Shown piece after piece: positions 1 to 12,288 of a stretch of DNA of 64,000 nt (position 1 is the stretch's first letter; each line of letters opens with the position of its first letter). The notes under the pieces were generated by a model that did not search any database, was not told the DNA's origin, and worked only from the letters and a program-made list of their open reading frames with translations. This DNA is from Octopus sinensis (lineage: Eukaryota). A program made the position numbers and the translations under genes. The stretch spans positions 7,120 to 71,119 of the forward strand of contig NW_021833942.1 of NCBI RefSeq assembly GCF_006345805.1, written 5' to 3'.

Positions 1-241
1 CACGTCAGAGTTATTTTCTAGTTTATGTTTAAGCATTGTGAACTGTAAATAGAGAAATGCTGTGAAATCTTAGACGATGCTGAAGACATAAAAAAAACCC
101 CCAAAAAAACTTTAAAAAATTCAAAATCTTCACTTGGACAAATAGTTGGCAATTTCAAAGAAGGAGAGTTTGTTGCGATCGTGACGAAACAAGTGAATTG
201 AAGAAAGAGAGCATCTGTAAGGTATGCTATTGTATTGTACA

Positions 242-417
242 ATGGCAGTGTTGAAGTGAAACCCTCTGTGTTTGAAACGTGTAGTCTCTCTTTGTACGCA
301 GTCGATAATGTATATCTACGTTCATGGCAGTGTTGAAGTGAAACCCTCTGTTTGAAACGTGTAGTCTAGTCTCTCTTTGTACGGAGTCGATAACGTATAT
401 CTACGTTCGTGGCAGTT
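242..417. repeat. Local tandem duplication, two ~83-87 bp units
   Basis: atggcagtgttgaagtgaaa...tatatctacgttc occurs twice back to back with small indels, followed by the start of a third unit (gtggcagt). Confidence 0.9.
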
Positions 418-1133
418 GCATGAGATAAATACGCATGGTTTGTGTCTATATAAGAAATCAATATTTGACACATGTAATGGACACAAATGTACTCGATCGT
501 TTGATGGGTGGTTATCATAATTCACCATAAATTACCAGAGTGGTTTTATGAACATTACGACAACAAAAACATAATGGTGTTAGTCTCAATTCCCACGGAC
601 ATTGGTTTCGTAATCTATGTCGAACTGTACTGTCTCACCTTACCTTTTCAGGTTATATGTTATAGAAACATTGTTCAGTTTCACTGAAATGTAATTGAAG
701 AGAAAAATCGATTTATCTGCCTGTATTTCAAATATTTTAAGAAGTAGAGTCTCTCGGCTCCAGCACCTGCAGTTATGGTCTCAGAATATTTATGGTGAAT
801 TTTCACTTATACGTATCCAGAAGAATGGTAGAAATAAGAGAATTTATTGAAACTGGAGTTCTCACTTTGTCGATTTTAGTACCTGTTTTATTACCTGTTG
901 TGACGATCCGAGCTGGGAAATTCGAGTGCTTAAATTGCTAGAAACAGCAGCTACAAAAATATCAGCGTAACACTTTAAGATAGGTCACACTAATCAATGG
1001 AATGTTAAAACATAAAAATATAGGGTAGTCACAATAATAGTAGTTTTGACTATAGATCATATACAGACAGAACCAAATTCACTTTCTCTCACTATATATA
1101 TATATATACACACACAAGCGTATATGAGGGACA

Positions 1134-1255
1134 AGGTGTCGTGGTATGGATATGGGTCTCCCGATCATAAGGTTGCACATTCAAATACTCAGCCGCGCGA
1201 TGCGTTGTGTCCTTGAGCAAGACATTTCATTTGTTAATGCTGCAGTATTCTGAAC
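1134..1255 (+). mobile_element. Old degenerate SINE head, family C-like
   Basis: Decayed tRNA-like head followed by gcgttgtgtccttgagcaagaca, matching the 11352 copy. Confidence 0.5.
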
Positions 1256-2500
1256 AGAAATTGTTAGAAATAGTAGTCAATTTCCAGTGCATCTTCTTTC
1301 CCTTCAGCTCTCACAACCTCAATAAATTGTTGGGTCAAAGTTTAGATAATTGAGAGACAATCTACGACCTCTCGCGGCACTGCAGTTACCTACAGCAATT
1401 GACGAAAGCATGGTATTCTATTTGCTACCAAAGAACTCTCGACTGCAAGGGCAGTTATGTTTCTGTCTTAAACTGTATCACGGATTGTATAGGTTGTTCG
1501 GGTTAAACTTGAGAGTTTGGATGAAGGAAAAAGAAAACGCAGAATGCCATCTAAGAATAGAAGTTGTTTACAAAAAGAATAAAAATTATCAACTACATCA
1601 TGGCTGGGAGAGAACAGTTTATATAAAGAAGCAACCCTTGGGTTCCACTACGGCCTCATGATACCTCCGGAACCTGGCGTATGTGTTCCTCCCTGGTATG
1701 ATCTTCGAATAATTTGATCTAGGTCGCCAGCTCAACCTTGGTGTTGCAGGCCAAACGGATGGCGGCTTTCTTAACCCCGCGTCATAATCCATGGGATAAC
1801 CATTAGGAGATGTGAAATCGGGACTGATATAACATTATCTCAATGATCTCCGATACCGTCCACTGTTCAACAATACTTCAAGCTATTTCTGCAAGAAAAA
1901 GGGGGGAAAAGGGGACATTAATTATCGTCAACTTTAGCCCGAACACCTTATATACCTGTATGTGTGTGTGTGTGTGCGTGTGTGTGTGCTTGTCGGAGTA
2001 TTTTCTTTCAGGCTTACCTTTTCGTGTTGAAGACATATACTTTTAATTTCCCTCGTTATTGCTCATAAAGATAACAGCCAGAAAATTAATTTGTAAAGAT
2101 GGCAATTTTATAGCAATCATTGAATAGAATTTGCTGTTTTACGATGTTCGTAATTCATAAGTTACACGATGGGAATATATTATTCAATATTCTCCAGTAT
2201 TATATCCTCGATAATTTCATGCAATATACCACTGATATTTTTGTGGGAAGTCCTGATGTCAATATTACTCTGTCTTAATTTCATTTTCAACTACCTCATT
2301 ACGCCTACTCTAACACGTGCATGGAAATAATTGTTATATGGAAAATAATACCGGATTTGTAGAGAACATTTTTTTCTATTTAGATATCATTGCAGAAAAA
2401 AATGGTTTAACCCTTAATAATATCGATCTGAGCATTCACATGATTTTCCACTTACATCCAGTACAATCACGCAGACACACATAACCATACACTCGTGATA

Positions 2501-2502
<2 letters not shown>

Positions 2503-2577
<75 letters not shown>
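2503..2577. repeat. (CA)n microsatellite
   Basis: Pure dinucleotide run. Confidence 0.98.
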
Positions 2578-2579
<2 letters not shown>

Positions 2580-3096
2580 TGAACCCTCCACCACATGCTT
2601 ATCCAAACTCAGACACAAGCGAACATTCAAATATACTCCGTGACTCAGATATAACCGGTTACCTAACAATTTGTTGTGTAGGTGAAAAAGGCCATTTTGT
2701 TTTGCTTTTGACAGAAAAGTTGTTACAAAGATTTAATAAATGTCATTATAAGTGTTTGTTTTAGGTGGGTTGCAGTGGTAAACTTGAATTTTCTGGAATC
2801 CGAGTATTCAACGATGACACAGAAATATTATTGTAAAACCGTGAGTTCGTGAAGATCGCGGTTCTCGCAAACAAGCTATCCACAAGAGTTCAATTATATT
2901 AAAATAATAATGATTTGAAAAAAATTAAAAATATATTCAATTGTAGTAGAAAGAATATCAATCATTAATGATGTCTTTCTCACAAGGGTAAAACATGTGT
3001 TTGTGTGTGTTTGTGTGTGTGAATGCATTGCAAAGAAGCCGACAAGTTACGTACACATGGTGTCTCGTCGTATTTTTAAGGCCTATGCTCCTTTAT

Positions 3097-3097
<1 letters not shown>

Positions 3098-3160
<63 letters not shown>

Positions 3161-3246
3161 GACTACTACTACTAACTACTACTACTACTACTACTTACTA
3201 CGACTACTACTACTACTACTACTACTACTACGACTACTACTACTAC

Positions 3247-3286
<40 letters not shown>

Positions 3287-3287
3287 G

Positions 3288-3319
<32 letters not shown>

Positions 3320-3320
3320 G

Positions 3321-3397
<77 letters not shown>

Positions 3398-3398
3398 G

Positions 3399-3439
<41 letters not shown>

Positions 3440-3468
3440 GACTACTACTACTACTACTAACTACTACG

Positions 3469-3521
<53 letters not shown>

Positions 3522-3535
3522 GACTACTACTACTA
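3098..3535. repeat. (CTA)n microsatellite with CGA interruptions
   Basis: Seen directly; explains the poly-L/T/Y ORFs. Confidence 0.98.
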
Positions 3536-4317
3536 TGCTGGAATCTCTAAGGCCCCCACAATTTTATATTTTTAAATATTATTCAGCTCGCATTTTGTAT
3601 TTGAAAAATATGGTTGAGTCCCTTTTTGGGATCTGAAAATCTTAGGAATTTAATTGAACGTTTGCAAAGATTTTTTTTTTGTTTTTTGTTGTTTGGCTCT
3701 ATTCGTCCCTCTTACCAGTTTTGGTTATCGCTTCATTAATAAAGAAAATCCGCTTTCACGTAGTGGATTATTTACAAAACCCTATATTATAGACGTTTCC
3801 ATGATGGATTTTGTCTGAGCAACAAATTGGTAATTTTATATATATTTTGTGATGTAGCAATTTCGTATATTGATTATCACTTTAAAATATTAATAGAGTT
3901 CTGCTGTATTGAGTTCACTGGAATATTGTTGGCAAATACTTTAGTTGGTTTAGGACGAACGGAGCTTAACGTTAAGCTTCACCCCAGAGAGATCTGGTCA
4001 CATCGTTAGGGTAGAATGCGTTGCCTTGATACGAAGACTTCATATTTTAAAGGACATTTAATGAGGGGGATTGTTTAATTCTGAAGTGCATGAGATGTGC
4101 AAGGGAGCAATAATAATGATATCGATAGTTATTACCTATTCAGTAATAACAGCAATAACAGTTACTACGAATCTATATTTTTATATCAATAATTTTTTGT
4201 ATCAATAATTTATTTTCGTTTCGTTGGCAGTGAAGGCGTTTTATTCTGACCCTTCAGGAAATTGTAATGTCGGAGTTTCTCTGTTTCTCCTTTCACATTG
4301 GTATTATTTAAACGAAT

Positions 4318-4703
4318 GTGGAGGCGCAATGGCCCAGTGGTTAGGGCAGCGGACTCGCGGTCGTAGGATCGCGGTTTCGATTCCCTGACCGGGCGTTGTG
4401 AGTGTTTATTGAGCGAAAACACCTAAAGCTCCACGAGGCTCCGGCAGGGGATGGTGGTGATCCCTGCTGTACTCTTTCACCACAACTTTCTTTCACTCTT
4501 ACTTCCTGTTTCTGTTGTACCTGTATTTCAAAGGGCCGGCCTTGTCACTCTCTGTGTCACGCTGAATATCCCCGAGAACTACGTTAAGGGTGCACGTGTC
4601 TGTGGAGTGCTCAGCCACTTACACGTTAATTTCACGAGCAGGTTGTTCCGTTGATCGGATCAACCGGAACCCTCGTTGTCATAACCGACGGAGTGCTTCC
4701 ACC
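4318..4703 (+). mobile_element. tRNA-derived SINE family A, full length (octopus OR-type by recall)
   Basis: A box tggcccagtgg, B box gtttcgattcc, 3' end ...accgacggagtgcttcca; TSD atttaaacgaat at 4306-4317 and 4704-4715; near-identical copies elsewhere in the window. Confidence 0.95.
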
Positions 4704-6134
4704 ATTTAAACGAATACGAAGAGGACCTTTTTTCATTTTAAAAGAGTATTTTGATTTAACTAAAACTCATTTGCCCAACTTAAAATTGAAACAAATAAAC
4801 AAATATAGAATGGACATTTGGTACTCGCACAAATGAATATAAACATTTAAGAATTAGTTTCTTTTATTATATTAGAAGCGTGATTTAGCTTCCATTTAAA
4901 AATAAAAGAGTAAGTTTTCTAATAATTATTCTCGCTGATAACACTCAATTTACATTTTCTAATGTCTACACCGTTTGTATCTTATGTACACATATTCCTG
5001 TTGGACGGTCGCCAGAGGCTGTTTGTATATACAATACAATTTCCCATGCACATCTATTTACTTATTTATTAATTTTGCCTTAAAATTTCTTATTTAATTA
5101 CCAGTTTATTTCATAGATGTTTTCTCTACACATTATAAAAATTTAATCTTGACAACATCGTTATTTCTTTGAAAATTTAATGTCCGTTTTAAATGTTATG
5201 TATTGCAGCTTGTTTGCCAAGCATTCAAATTTATATTATTCATTAAAGCGCTTTTTGCTTCCATTTTCTCGCATCCTGGGTAACACAATTACACAAAGAC
5301 TATTGGCGACTGTGCAATTTATCGCAAAATATTTTTACAAAATTAGTTTGTATGTTGTACTGTGTTTAAAATATATCTTCCGTTTTCATCACATCGTTTA
5401 GTTGTCAATGTATTGGGCTACTATAAACATCCGCAACCATAGCCTCTCCTCGATCGCTAGATGAAGCTACATAACTGTAAACATTTAACATTTAAAAAGC
5501 GAACGACGCTACTCTATGTGACTTTATTAAAATGCATTAAAATAATAGACTTCTATCAGTTATAAATATATAAATTGATATCTGTTATAGGCCAGAAGAG
5601 GGTCAAATAAACCTCTTCTTGTACCTAATTATTCGGATAAGCCCGGTCAATTACTGGACTATGTCTGTTGTTACAAAACAACACTTTTTCACAAATTTAC
5701 AGAAAAACAAAATAGATGAAAAATGAATTTTGACAAATATAAAAATAAGATTGCACAAACATGATTTTCCTGGTATAATTAATGAAATAAACCAACATAT
5801 ATTTTTAAAAATTGCCATAAGGGTTAGGGTTATAAAATAACAGAAGTTGGGTGTTCGAACGCAGCTTGTGCTAACAGCAATGAATTTTGGGTTAGGTTTA
5901 AAATTCGCCATGTTAAGGAGGGTTGTGTCGTCACTCTTAGAGTTAAGGAGGATAAAGATGAATAAAAAAAATATGGTGAAAGCAAAATGATAGAGAATGT
6001 GTCTTTCAACAGAATTTTGTGATTTTATACTTCGGAATTATGAAAGAGACGAGGTTCTTGAGCTTATAGTTTGCTCTATTTTCAGCAGGTCTTTGATGTA
6101 GATAGGATCTGTCAAAATGAAATATTTGGTTTGT

Positions 6135-6505
6135 GTGACGATGGATTCACTGAAGCTCCGGCGTCTGGCGACGGACTTGGTAAACACCCACAAAGTTATC
6201 AACCACCTCACCAACAACAACACTGAACACCTTTTTGATCTCCATGTGTCTAACACACGTGGACATGCCTACCAAGTCGAAAAACAACACAGCTCCCATG
6301 ACTTTCGGAAACATTTTTTCACGCTCAGAGTTGCTGAAGCATGGAATAAGCTGCCTGCCTCAGTTGTTGACTGCCATGACACTGCATCCTTTAAGGCCCT
6401 CATGCTTTCCGAAATCCGCCGAAACTACACCTGATTATATATGCACTTTAGATGAGTTGTAGTGCACCTGAGCACTGTACACAATTATTATTATTATTAT
6501 TATTA
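6135..6505 (+). mobile_element. 5'-truncated CR1-like LINE: ORF2 C-terminus, 3' UTR and (ATT)n tail
   Basis: SLKLRRLATDL..HKV...TRGH...RKHFFTLRVAEAWNKLPASVV matches the CR1/L2-group ORF2 C-terminal motif; stop at 6434, short UTR, simple-repeat tail. Confidence 0.85.
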
Positions 6506-6605
6506 TTTGCATGTAGACAGTTGAATAGGAGTGACTTGTAGTATAAACGACTTTGATGGCGTTAGAGAAGAGAGCAAGTAGAAGGTTAACGTACTAAACA
6601 AATGT

Positions 6606-6991
6606 GTGGTGGAAGCACTCCGTCGGTTACGACGATGAGGGTTCCGGTTGATCCGATCAACGGAACAGCCTGCTCGGGGAATTAACGTGTAAGTGGCTGA
6701 GCACTCCACAGATACGTGTACCCTTAACGTAGTTTCTTGGGATATTCAGCGTGACACAGAGAGTGACAAGGCCGGCCCTTGAAATACAGGTACAACAGAA
6801 ACAGGAAGGTAAGAGTGAGAGAAGTTGTGGTGAATGAGTACAGCAGGATCACCACCATCCCCTGCCGGAGCCTCGTGGAGCTTTAGGGTGTTTTTTCGCT
6901 CAATAAACACTCACAACGCCCGGTCAGGGAATCGAAACCGCGATCCTACGATCGCGAGTCCGCTGCCCTAACCACTGGGCCATTGCACCTT
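6606..6991 (-). mobile_element. SINE family A, full length
   Basis: Reverse complement of the 4318 copy; TSD ctaaacaaatgt at 6594-6605 and 6992-7003. Confidence 0.95.
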
Positions 6992-7211
6992 CTAAACAAA
7001 TGTAACTAAACTAACAGCAACATTACGCCGTCATACTATAAATGGAGTAGCTTACAGCAGCAGCTGGGTGTTTGTCATTTATTTCCACCAATGTGTAGGA
7101 CGTCGATTACACCTACGTTTGGAGAGCGACCGCTGCTGCTACATAAACGCTGGAGCGTTGGAGTAGATTAACGGATCCTACATAACTGGACTTTCCTTAG
7201 ACTGTTCTTTT

Positions 7212-7248
7212 CTTCTGAAGATGGACCTTTAAGCTCGAAACATACAGA
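7212..7248 (+). ncRNA. Degenerate minimal hammerhead motif, canonical core (PLE-type)
   Basis: CTGAAGA-T-G..cctttaagct-C-GAAAC-ATA; stems I and II imperfect. Confidence 0.45.
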
Positions 7249-7520
7249 TTTTTATTAAACTTACCGCATTGTTAGAAGTCGTCTATTTTCTTTCTATTTT
7301 ACATTCTTCAATAACATTAAGAATGTTAAATGCGTACATTGGTTTTCAAAAGGTAAGATAACCTATTTCTGCGTGCAAAGCTTATGTAGATTTCAAGAGA
7401 CAGCTTTTAGTGATGGCATAATTTACATATCTTTAACGGTCAAATATGTCTAACTTTTGAACATTCCTAGGATGTAAAGAAAAGAAATAATGTATTCTCA
7501 CAACATATAGCAAGGGAAGT

Positions 7521-7666
7521 GTCATGCTGAATATCCCCGAGAACTACGTTAAGGGTACACGTGTCTGTGGAGTGCTCAGCCACTTACACGTTAATTTCAC
7601 GAGCAGGCTGTTCCGTTGATTCGGATCAACCGGAACCCTCGTCGTCGTAAGCGACGGAGTGCTTCC
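7521..7666 (+). mobile_element. SINE family A, 5'-truncated
   Basis: Only the last ~146 nt; TSD agcaagggaagt (7509-7520) and agcaggggaagt (7667-7678), one mismatch. Confidence 0.9.
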
Positions 7667-8039
7667 AGCAGGGGAAGTAATTATTTTTGACAGGACCGAA
7701 ATGAAACGCTAAACGAAAATTATAATGTTTGTTTAGCGTTTTAAAAATTGTAATGAATGAGTTTAGAAGTGAAAGGAAGGAACGATTAGATATTGCCAAA
7801 GACGACAAAAGGCAAGAATGCTTCTATGTATGTTATTGAAAATTATATATAATTAAATAGATGTCTTCATCAGATTCACGTACACCTTAATATCGATCAT
7901 TTACGATAAACACCGAACTGTTCAAATGATAATGTAGTTAAAGGGATGTTTTTGTATTCAACTCTGAGGAATATTAATTTAATGAGTTTCTTTTAAGGTG
8001 TTGTTGTTACATGATTGCTATGCACGTATGTCCATATAT

Positions 8040-8290
8040 TTACACATACACACACACACACACACATACACCCCACCCCCACACACATATACATACATAC
8101 ACACACATACACATATACATACACACACACATACATACACACACATACATACATACACACACATACACATATACATACACACATACACACACATACATAC
8201 ACACACACACACATACACACATACAGACACATACATACACACACACACACATACACACACACACACACGCATTTACACGCATTCACATAG
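8040..8290. repeat. Compound (CA)n/(CATA)n microsatellite
   Basis: Seen directly. Confidence 0.95.
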
Positions 8291-9016
8291 ACATATGCGT
8301 ATATACAAAAACCACAGACATATATCCACATATATATTAATGTATACATCGATAAAATAGTGTTTTTTTAACGTAGAAATAGTTTGCATAAACATCTATT
8401 GGAGTTATAACAATAAAAACACCTCACAGTTATAAGTATAAGTTTCACAATGAAGACTTTTAAATAAAAGGAGACTACAACGGTTAATGTCAGAAGATAA
8501 TCATAACAACGTCGATAGGGTAGAGGTCGTGTACACGGGTGCTAATGTAATAGAGTGGAAAATAAAGGAATGTTAGAGGTTAAACATTATAACAGAACCA
8601 TGTGGTGAGGCAGTATGTATTATAATGGTCTAATTATTATCTATTATGTTATTACTGTGTACGTAATGTTATTATGTGTCTGTTATGTTGTTACAATGTA
8701 ACAATGTATAATAAAAATTAGAGACAATAAAATGAAGTGTATACAAACGATCGTATGGTGTTTTAAGGTTAAAATCACCAGGAATGTAGGAAGGCTTTTG
8801 TGAGGCACCAATATAGCCTGGTATTATACAAATTAGCAAAAGAGCTTATTCAGGATAGGGAGTTAATTTGTGGTGTTAGGTTCAAAGTTAGGTACATCTA
8901 ACGCATTAGGTATGTAAAATATTTCCCTGTAGGTATGTGGTAGATATGTGTATTTATGGCTTGTCTTGTAGACGAATGTATGTGTAAAATTTATGCAGTA
9001 TATACTTTATTAGTTG

Positions 9017-9301
9017 CTAAGAGAAAAAGGAAGATCCCGTGGTTCTTAGGGGCTGTCCCAGACTGGAGAGACTGACCTCGTTAAGTTGCCGTTTAATATA
9101 TCGAAGGTTCAAACCTGAAGTTAAGAAGTGAGCGAAGAAGCGATTCCAATGATGCGAGGTTCTGATGGGAGAAGGATTTAGGGTGGCAGTGCTGGGAAAG
9201 GTGGACTCGATGCAACTAGTGGATCCGAGTAATAGAGGAACTCGTTTAAGGGATGACCGAGTAGGGGAAATACGAGAACAGCCAATTAAAAAGAAGAGCA
9301 A
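9017..9301 (-). mobile_element. Possible decayed Penelope-like RT fragment
   Basis: Higher-GC island; RFFAHFLTSGLNLRYIKRQL loosely resembles the PLE RT C-terminal F..RGY....I segment. Weak. Confidence 0.25.
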
Positions 9302-9913
9302 AGGTCATTATACTGGCAATAGAAAAGATCTAATTATGTGAACTTATGCAATGTGTATATATTTATATAACCAAGACACGTCTCTAACCACATCTTTTAT
9401 TTCCTTCTTTTATATTTATTAATAATTAATCAATTAGCATAAGCTCATTAACTATAACCTTTCTCTTGTGTCCCATGTCGGATCTTTAAAAATTTCAATG
9501 ACTTCCCTCGGGGCATGTTCTGTGTTGTCCGGTGTTGCTTTAACTCCTAGAAATTTTCCGATGTTATTAAATATTTAACTGTTGTAAATATATGCATAGT
9601 ACCATAACAGTGAAATTACAATACACATACACACGCGCGCGCACACGTGTATATATATTTACTATATTTTTAATACTAACATAGATCAAAGATATTAAAA
9701 TGGTATAGATAATTCACTCTTAAAAATATGCAACATAAACTATCACAAGATCTCAAAATAGTTACGCAATAGGCGTGACTGTATACTAAGAGTTTCCTTC
9801 ACAACAACATTGTTCTGGGTCCAGTCTCATTGCGTGACAAAATGGGCTCATGTCTTATACTATCACCTCCAACCGACCAAAGCTTTCTGAGTAGATTTTG
9901 TAGACAAAAACCA

Positions 9914-9946
<33 letters not shown>

Positions 9947-9949
<3 letters not shown>

Positions 9950-10134
9950 GGAAAGTTTACGAAAATAAACAAAAGACGAAGACAGGTGGTGTACAAAACA
10001 AACAGATGTATTAGTATAAAGCTCAGGAATAGAAAATGTCTTTTATGTTTCGAACCTACGCTCTTCTACAGAAAGGGACACAGAAAAAAACAAGGAGAGA
10101 AACAAGGAGAGAAAAAATGTGTGTAGTGGCTAAC

Positions 10135-10138
<4 letters not shown>
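9947..10138 (-). mobile_element. Penelope-like terminal-repeat remnant carrying a hammerhead motif (family P1)
   Basis: Reverse-complement homologue of 30903-31082 and 38034-38218; abuts (TA)n. Confidence 0.75.
10040..10075 (-). ncRNA. Minimal type-I hammerhead motif, A6U variant
   Basis: cttt-CTGTAGA-A-GAGC gtag GTTC-GAAAC-ATA-aaag. Confidence 0.6.
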
Positions 10139-10183
<45 letters not shown>

Positions 10184-10303
10184 ATATATATATATATATA
10201 TATACAATGTATATATGTATATATATATGTATAATATATATACGTATATAATATATATTATATAATATGTATACATATATATACATTGTATATATATACA
10301 ATG

Positions 10304-10334
<31 letters not shown>

Positions 10335-10420
10335 TATACATATACATATACATATATACATATATATGTATATGTTTAGGTATATGTATATGTATATATA
10401 TTATATATATATATATATAC

Positions 10421-10470
<50 letters not shown>

Positions 10471-10622
10471 GTCCTTATGTATATATGCGACCGATACAAT
10501 AAGAACTGTGGTCGATTCGTTCGACTAACATCCTTCAAGATGGTGACCCAGCATGGTCACAGTCTATTGACTGAAACAAGTAAATGATAGAAGTCAAAAC
10601 TATAGTTAATAATACCTGAAAT

Positions 10623-10653
10623 CCGATCGTTTCAGCATTAAACGTTGTCAGGG
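10623..10653 (-). ncRNA. Degenerate hammerhead-like motif
   Basis: cc-CTGACAA-cgtttaatgct-GAAACGATC-gg; G8 mutated and stem II poor. Confidence 0.3.
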
Positions 10654-11147
10654 CTAATATAAACTCATCTATTTCTCGATATAAATATTCATTCATTGAT
10701 TGTTTATATAATTAGATACATGTTAAATATTTTGTCCGATACTTTCACAAATTAGTTCATTTGGTTCATAGTTATGCATCGATTGACTTAATTTAAATTT
10801 CAAATAAATTTTAGTGTTTTAGCATTTATGTCTTTACTGAATTATATAAACAAACCATATTTTGCCCCTGTATTTTCCTCCTGCAGCCCTGTGTATTTTA
10901 ACAAGTTTCCCGGCTGTTTGTTTTACATTCTGTCGCTCAGATCGTCTCATTAATGAAAACTCAAACACTATTCATCGATCCATCAATAGCATTCCACTCA
11001 CCATTAACCCACACATCGCAATCCAGTTTTGGAATTTTTCCTTTCTGATGAATGATTCCTTTTTTTCTGTTCTTATTTGTTCTCTTTAAGTATTTTGACG
11101 ATCAAAATCGTAACAACCCAGTGAGATTTACACGCACACACATGCAG

Positions 11148-11148
<1 letters not shown>

Positions 11149-11212
<64 letters not shown>
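11149..11212. repeat. (CA)n microsatellite
   Basis: Seen directly. Confidence 0.97.
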
Positions 11213-11213
<1 letters not shown>

Positions 11214-11351
11214 AAAGGCACGCACAGACACAAATCACTTGCTTACATTAACAAATGGGGAATGAGGGAGAAGCGGTCCGTAATATTGGGAAAGGAAAAG
11301 CCAGAGCGTAACGAACTGGAGAGGACTGAGCAACGGTATATATATATATAT

Positions 11352-11688
11352 AGGCGCGTGGCTCAGTGGTTAGAGCGTCGAGCTTACGATCGTGAGGTTA
11401 TGAGCTCGAATCCCGGACCGGGATGCGTGTTGTGTTCTTGAGCAAGGCACTTTATTTCACGTTGCTCCAGTTCACTCAGCTGTAGAAATGAGTTGCGACG
11501 TCACAGGTGCCAAGCTGTATCGACCTTTGTCTTTCCCTTGGATAAACATCGGTGGCGTGGAGAGGGGAGGCCGGTATGCATGGGTGACTGCTGGTCTTCC
11601 ATGAAACAACCGTGCCCAGACTTGTGCCTCAGAGAGTAACTCTCTAGGTGCAAACCCATGGTCAGTGTCTGACCGAAGGGGGTCACTA
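11352..11688 (+). mobile_element. tRNA-derived SINE family C, full length, in a (TA)n tract
   Basis: A box tggctcagtgg, B-box-like gctcgaatcc, CORE-like gtgttcttgagcaaggcactt; (TA)n on both sides. Confidence 0.85.
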
Positions 11689-11806
11689 CTATATATATAT
11701 ATATATATACCGTTTCAGGAATGTTCCAGGAATTCAACAATTACTACTACCATCCACAGCAAGCGATTGACCATTTAACATACTACTGACATGCGACTCC
11801 CACATA

Positions 11807-11840
<34 letters not shown>

Positions 11841-12008
11841 TTCATCTTCTTCATCTTCTTCATCTTCTTCTTCATCTTCTTCTTCTTCAGCTTCTTCTTC
11901 CTTCTTCTTCTTCTTCTTCTTCTTCTTCTTCTTCTTCTTCTTCTCTTCTTCTTCTCTTCTTCTTCTTCTTCTTCTTTTTTTCTTCTTCTTCGTTTCTTCT
12001 TCTTCTTC
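11807..12008. repeat. (TTC)n microsatellite
   Basis: Seen directly; explains the poly-K/E/R/S/F ORFs. Confidence 0.97.
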
Positions 12009-12172
12009 CCTACCAAGAATTCACAACGATCTCGAACCCACAGGAGTAAACAAGAGAGACAGAGACAAGTAGGAGCATGGAAAATTCCACCTGTATTTGA
12101 ACACTATGCATATATTCTTTTAAAACACTTTTCTTTAAATTTTTTCAAAAATTTAATTGCTTTCCATACTTA

Positions 12173-12209
12173 CAGTTGAAAAAAGTCTCAATGACTGAAA
12201 CCGGTATTG
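12173..12209 (+). ncRNA. Minimal type-I hammerhead motif, U3/A8 compensatory variant
   Basis: cag-TTGAAAA-A-AGTC tcaat GACT-GAAACCGGTA-ttg: perfect 4 bp stem II, palindromic stem III ACCGGT, GUA triplet, stem I cag/ttg. Confidence 0.6.
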
Positions 12210-12288
12210 AAATGTTTTTACAAAATTATGTTAGCACTTTCTATCTTGACTTTTTTTCCATATATATATATATATATATAATCAAAAT

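Larger units (their letters stand above)
9770..10590 (+). mobile_element. Old SINE family D split at its internal microsatellite (5' part 9770-9912, 3' part 10488-10590)
   Basis: Both halves align to intact family D copies (48112, 54789); the gap holds (TA)n/(TC)n and a PLE-like insert. Confidence 0.7.

Noticed and set aside
2995-3636. Long ORFs with poly-L/T/Y
   Set aside because: Translations of the (CTA)n microsatellite
4318-4395. tRNA gene calls for SINE heads
   Set aside because: They continue into a conserved body with TSDs and lack proper acceptor stems
4210-4654. Recurrent peptides MFIERKHLKLHEAPAG, MVVIPAVLF and MFSLNKHSQRPV at several loci
   Set aside because: Incidental translations of SINE A copies, not a gene family
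5819-5900. Telomere-like gggttagggtta
   Set aside because: Only about two units; not a telomeric array
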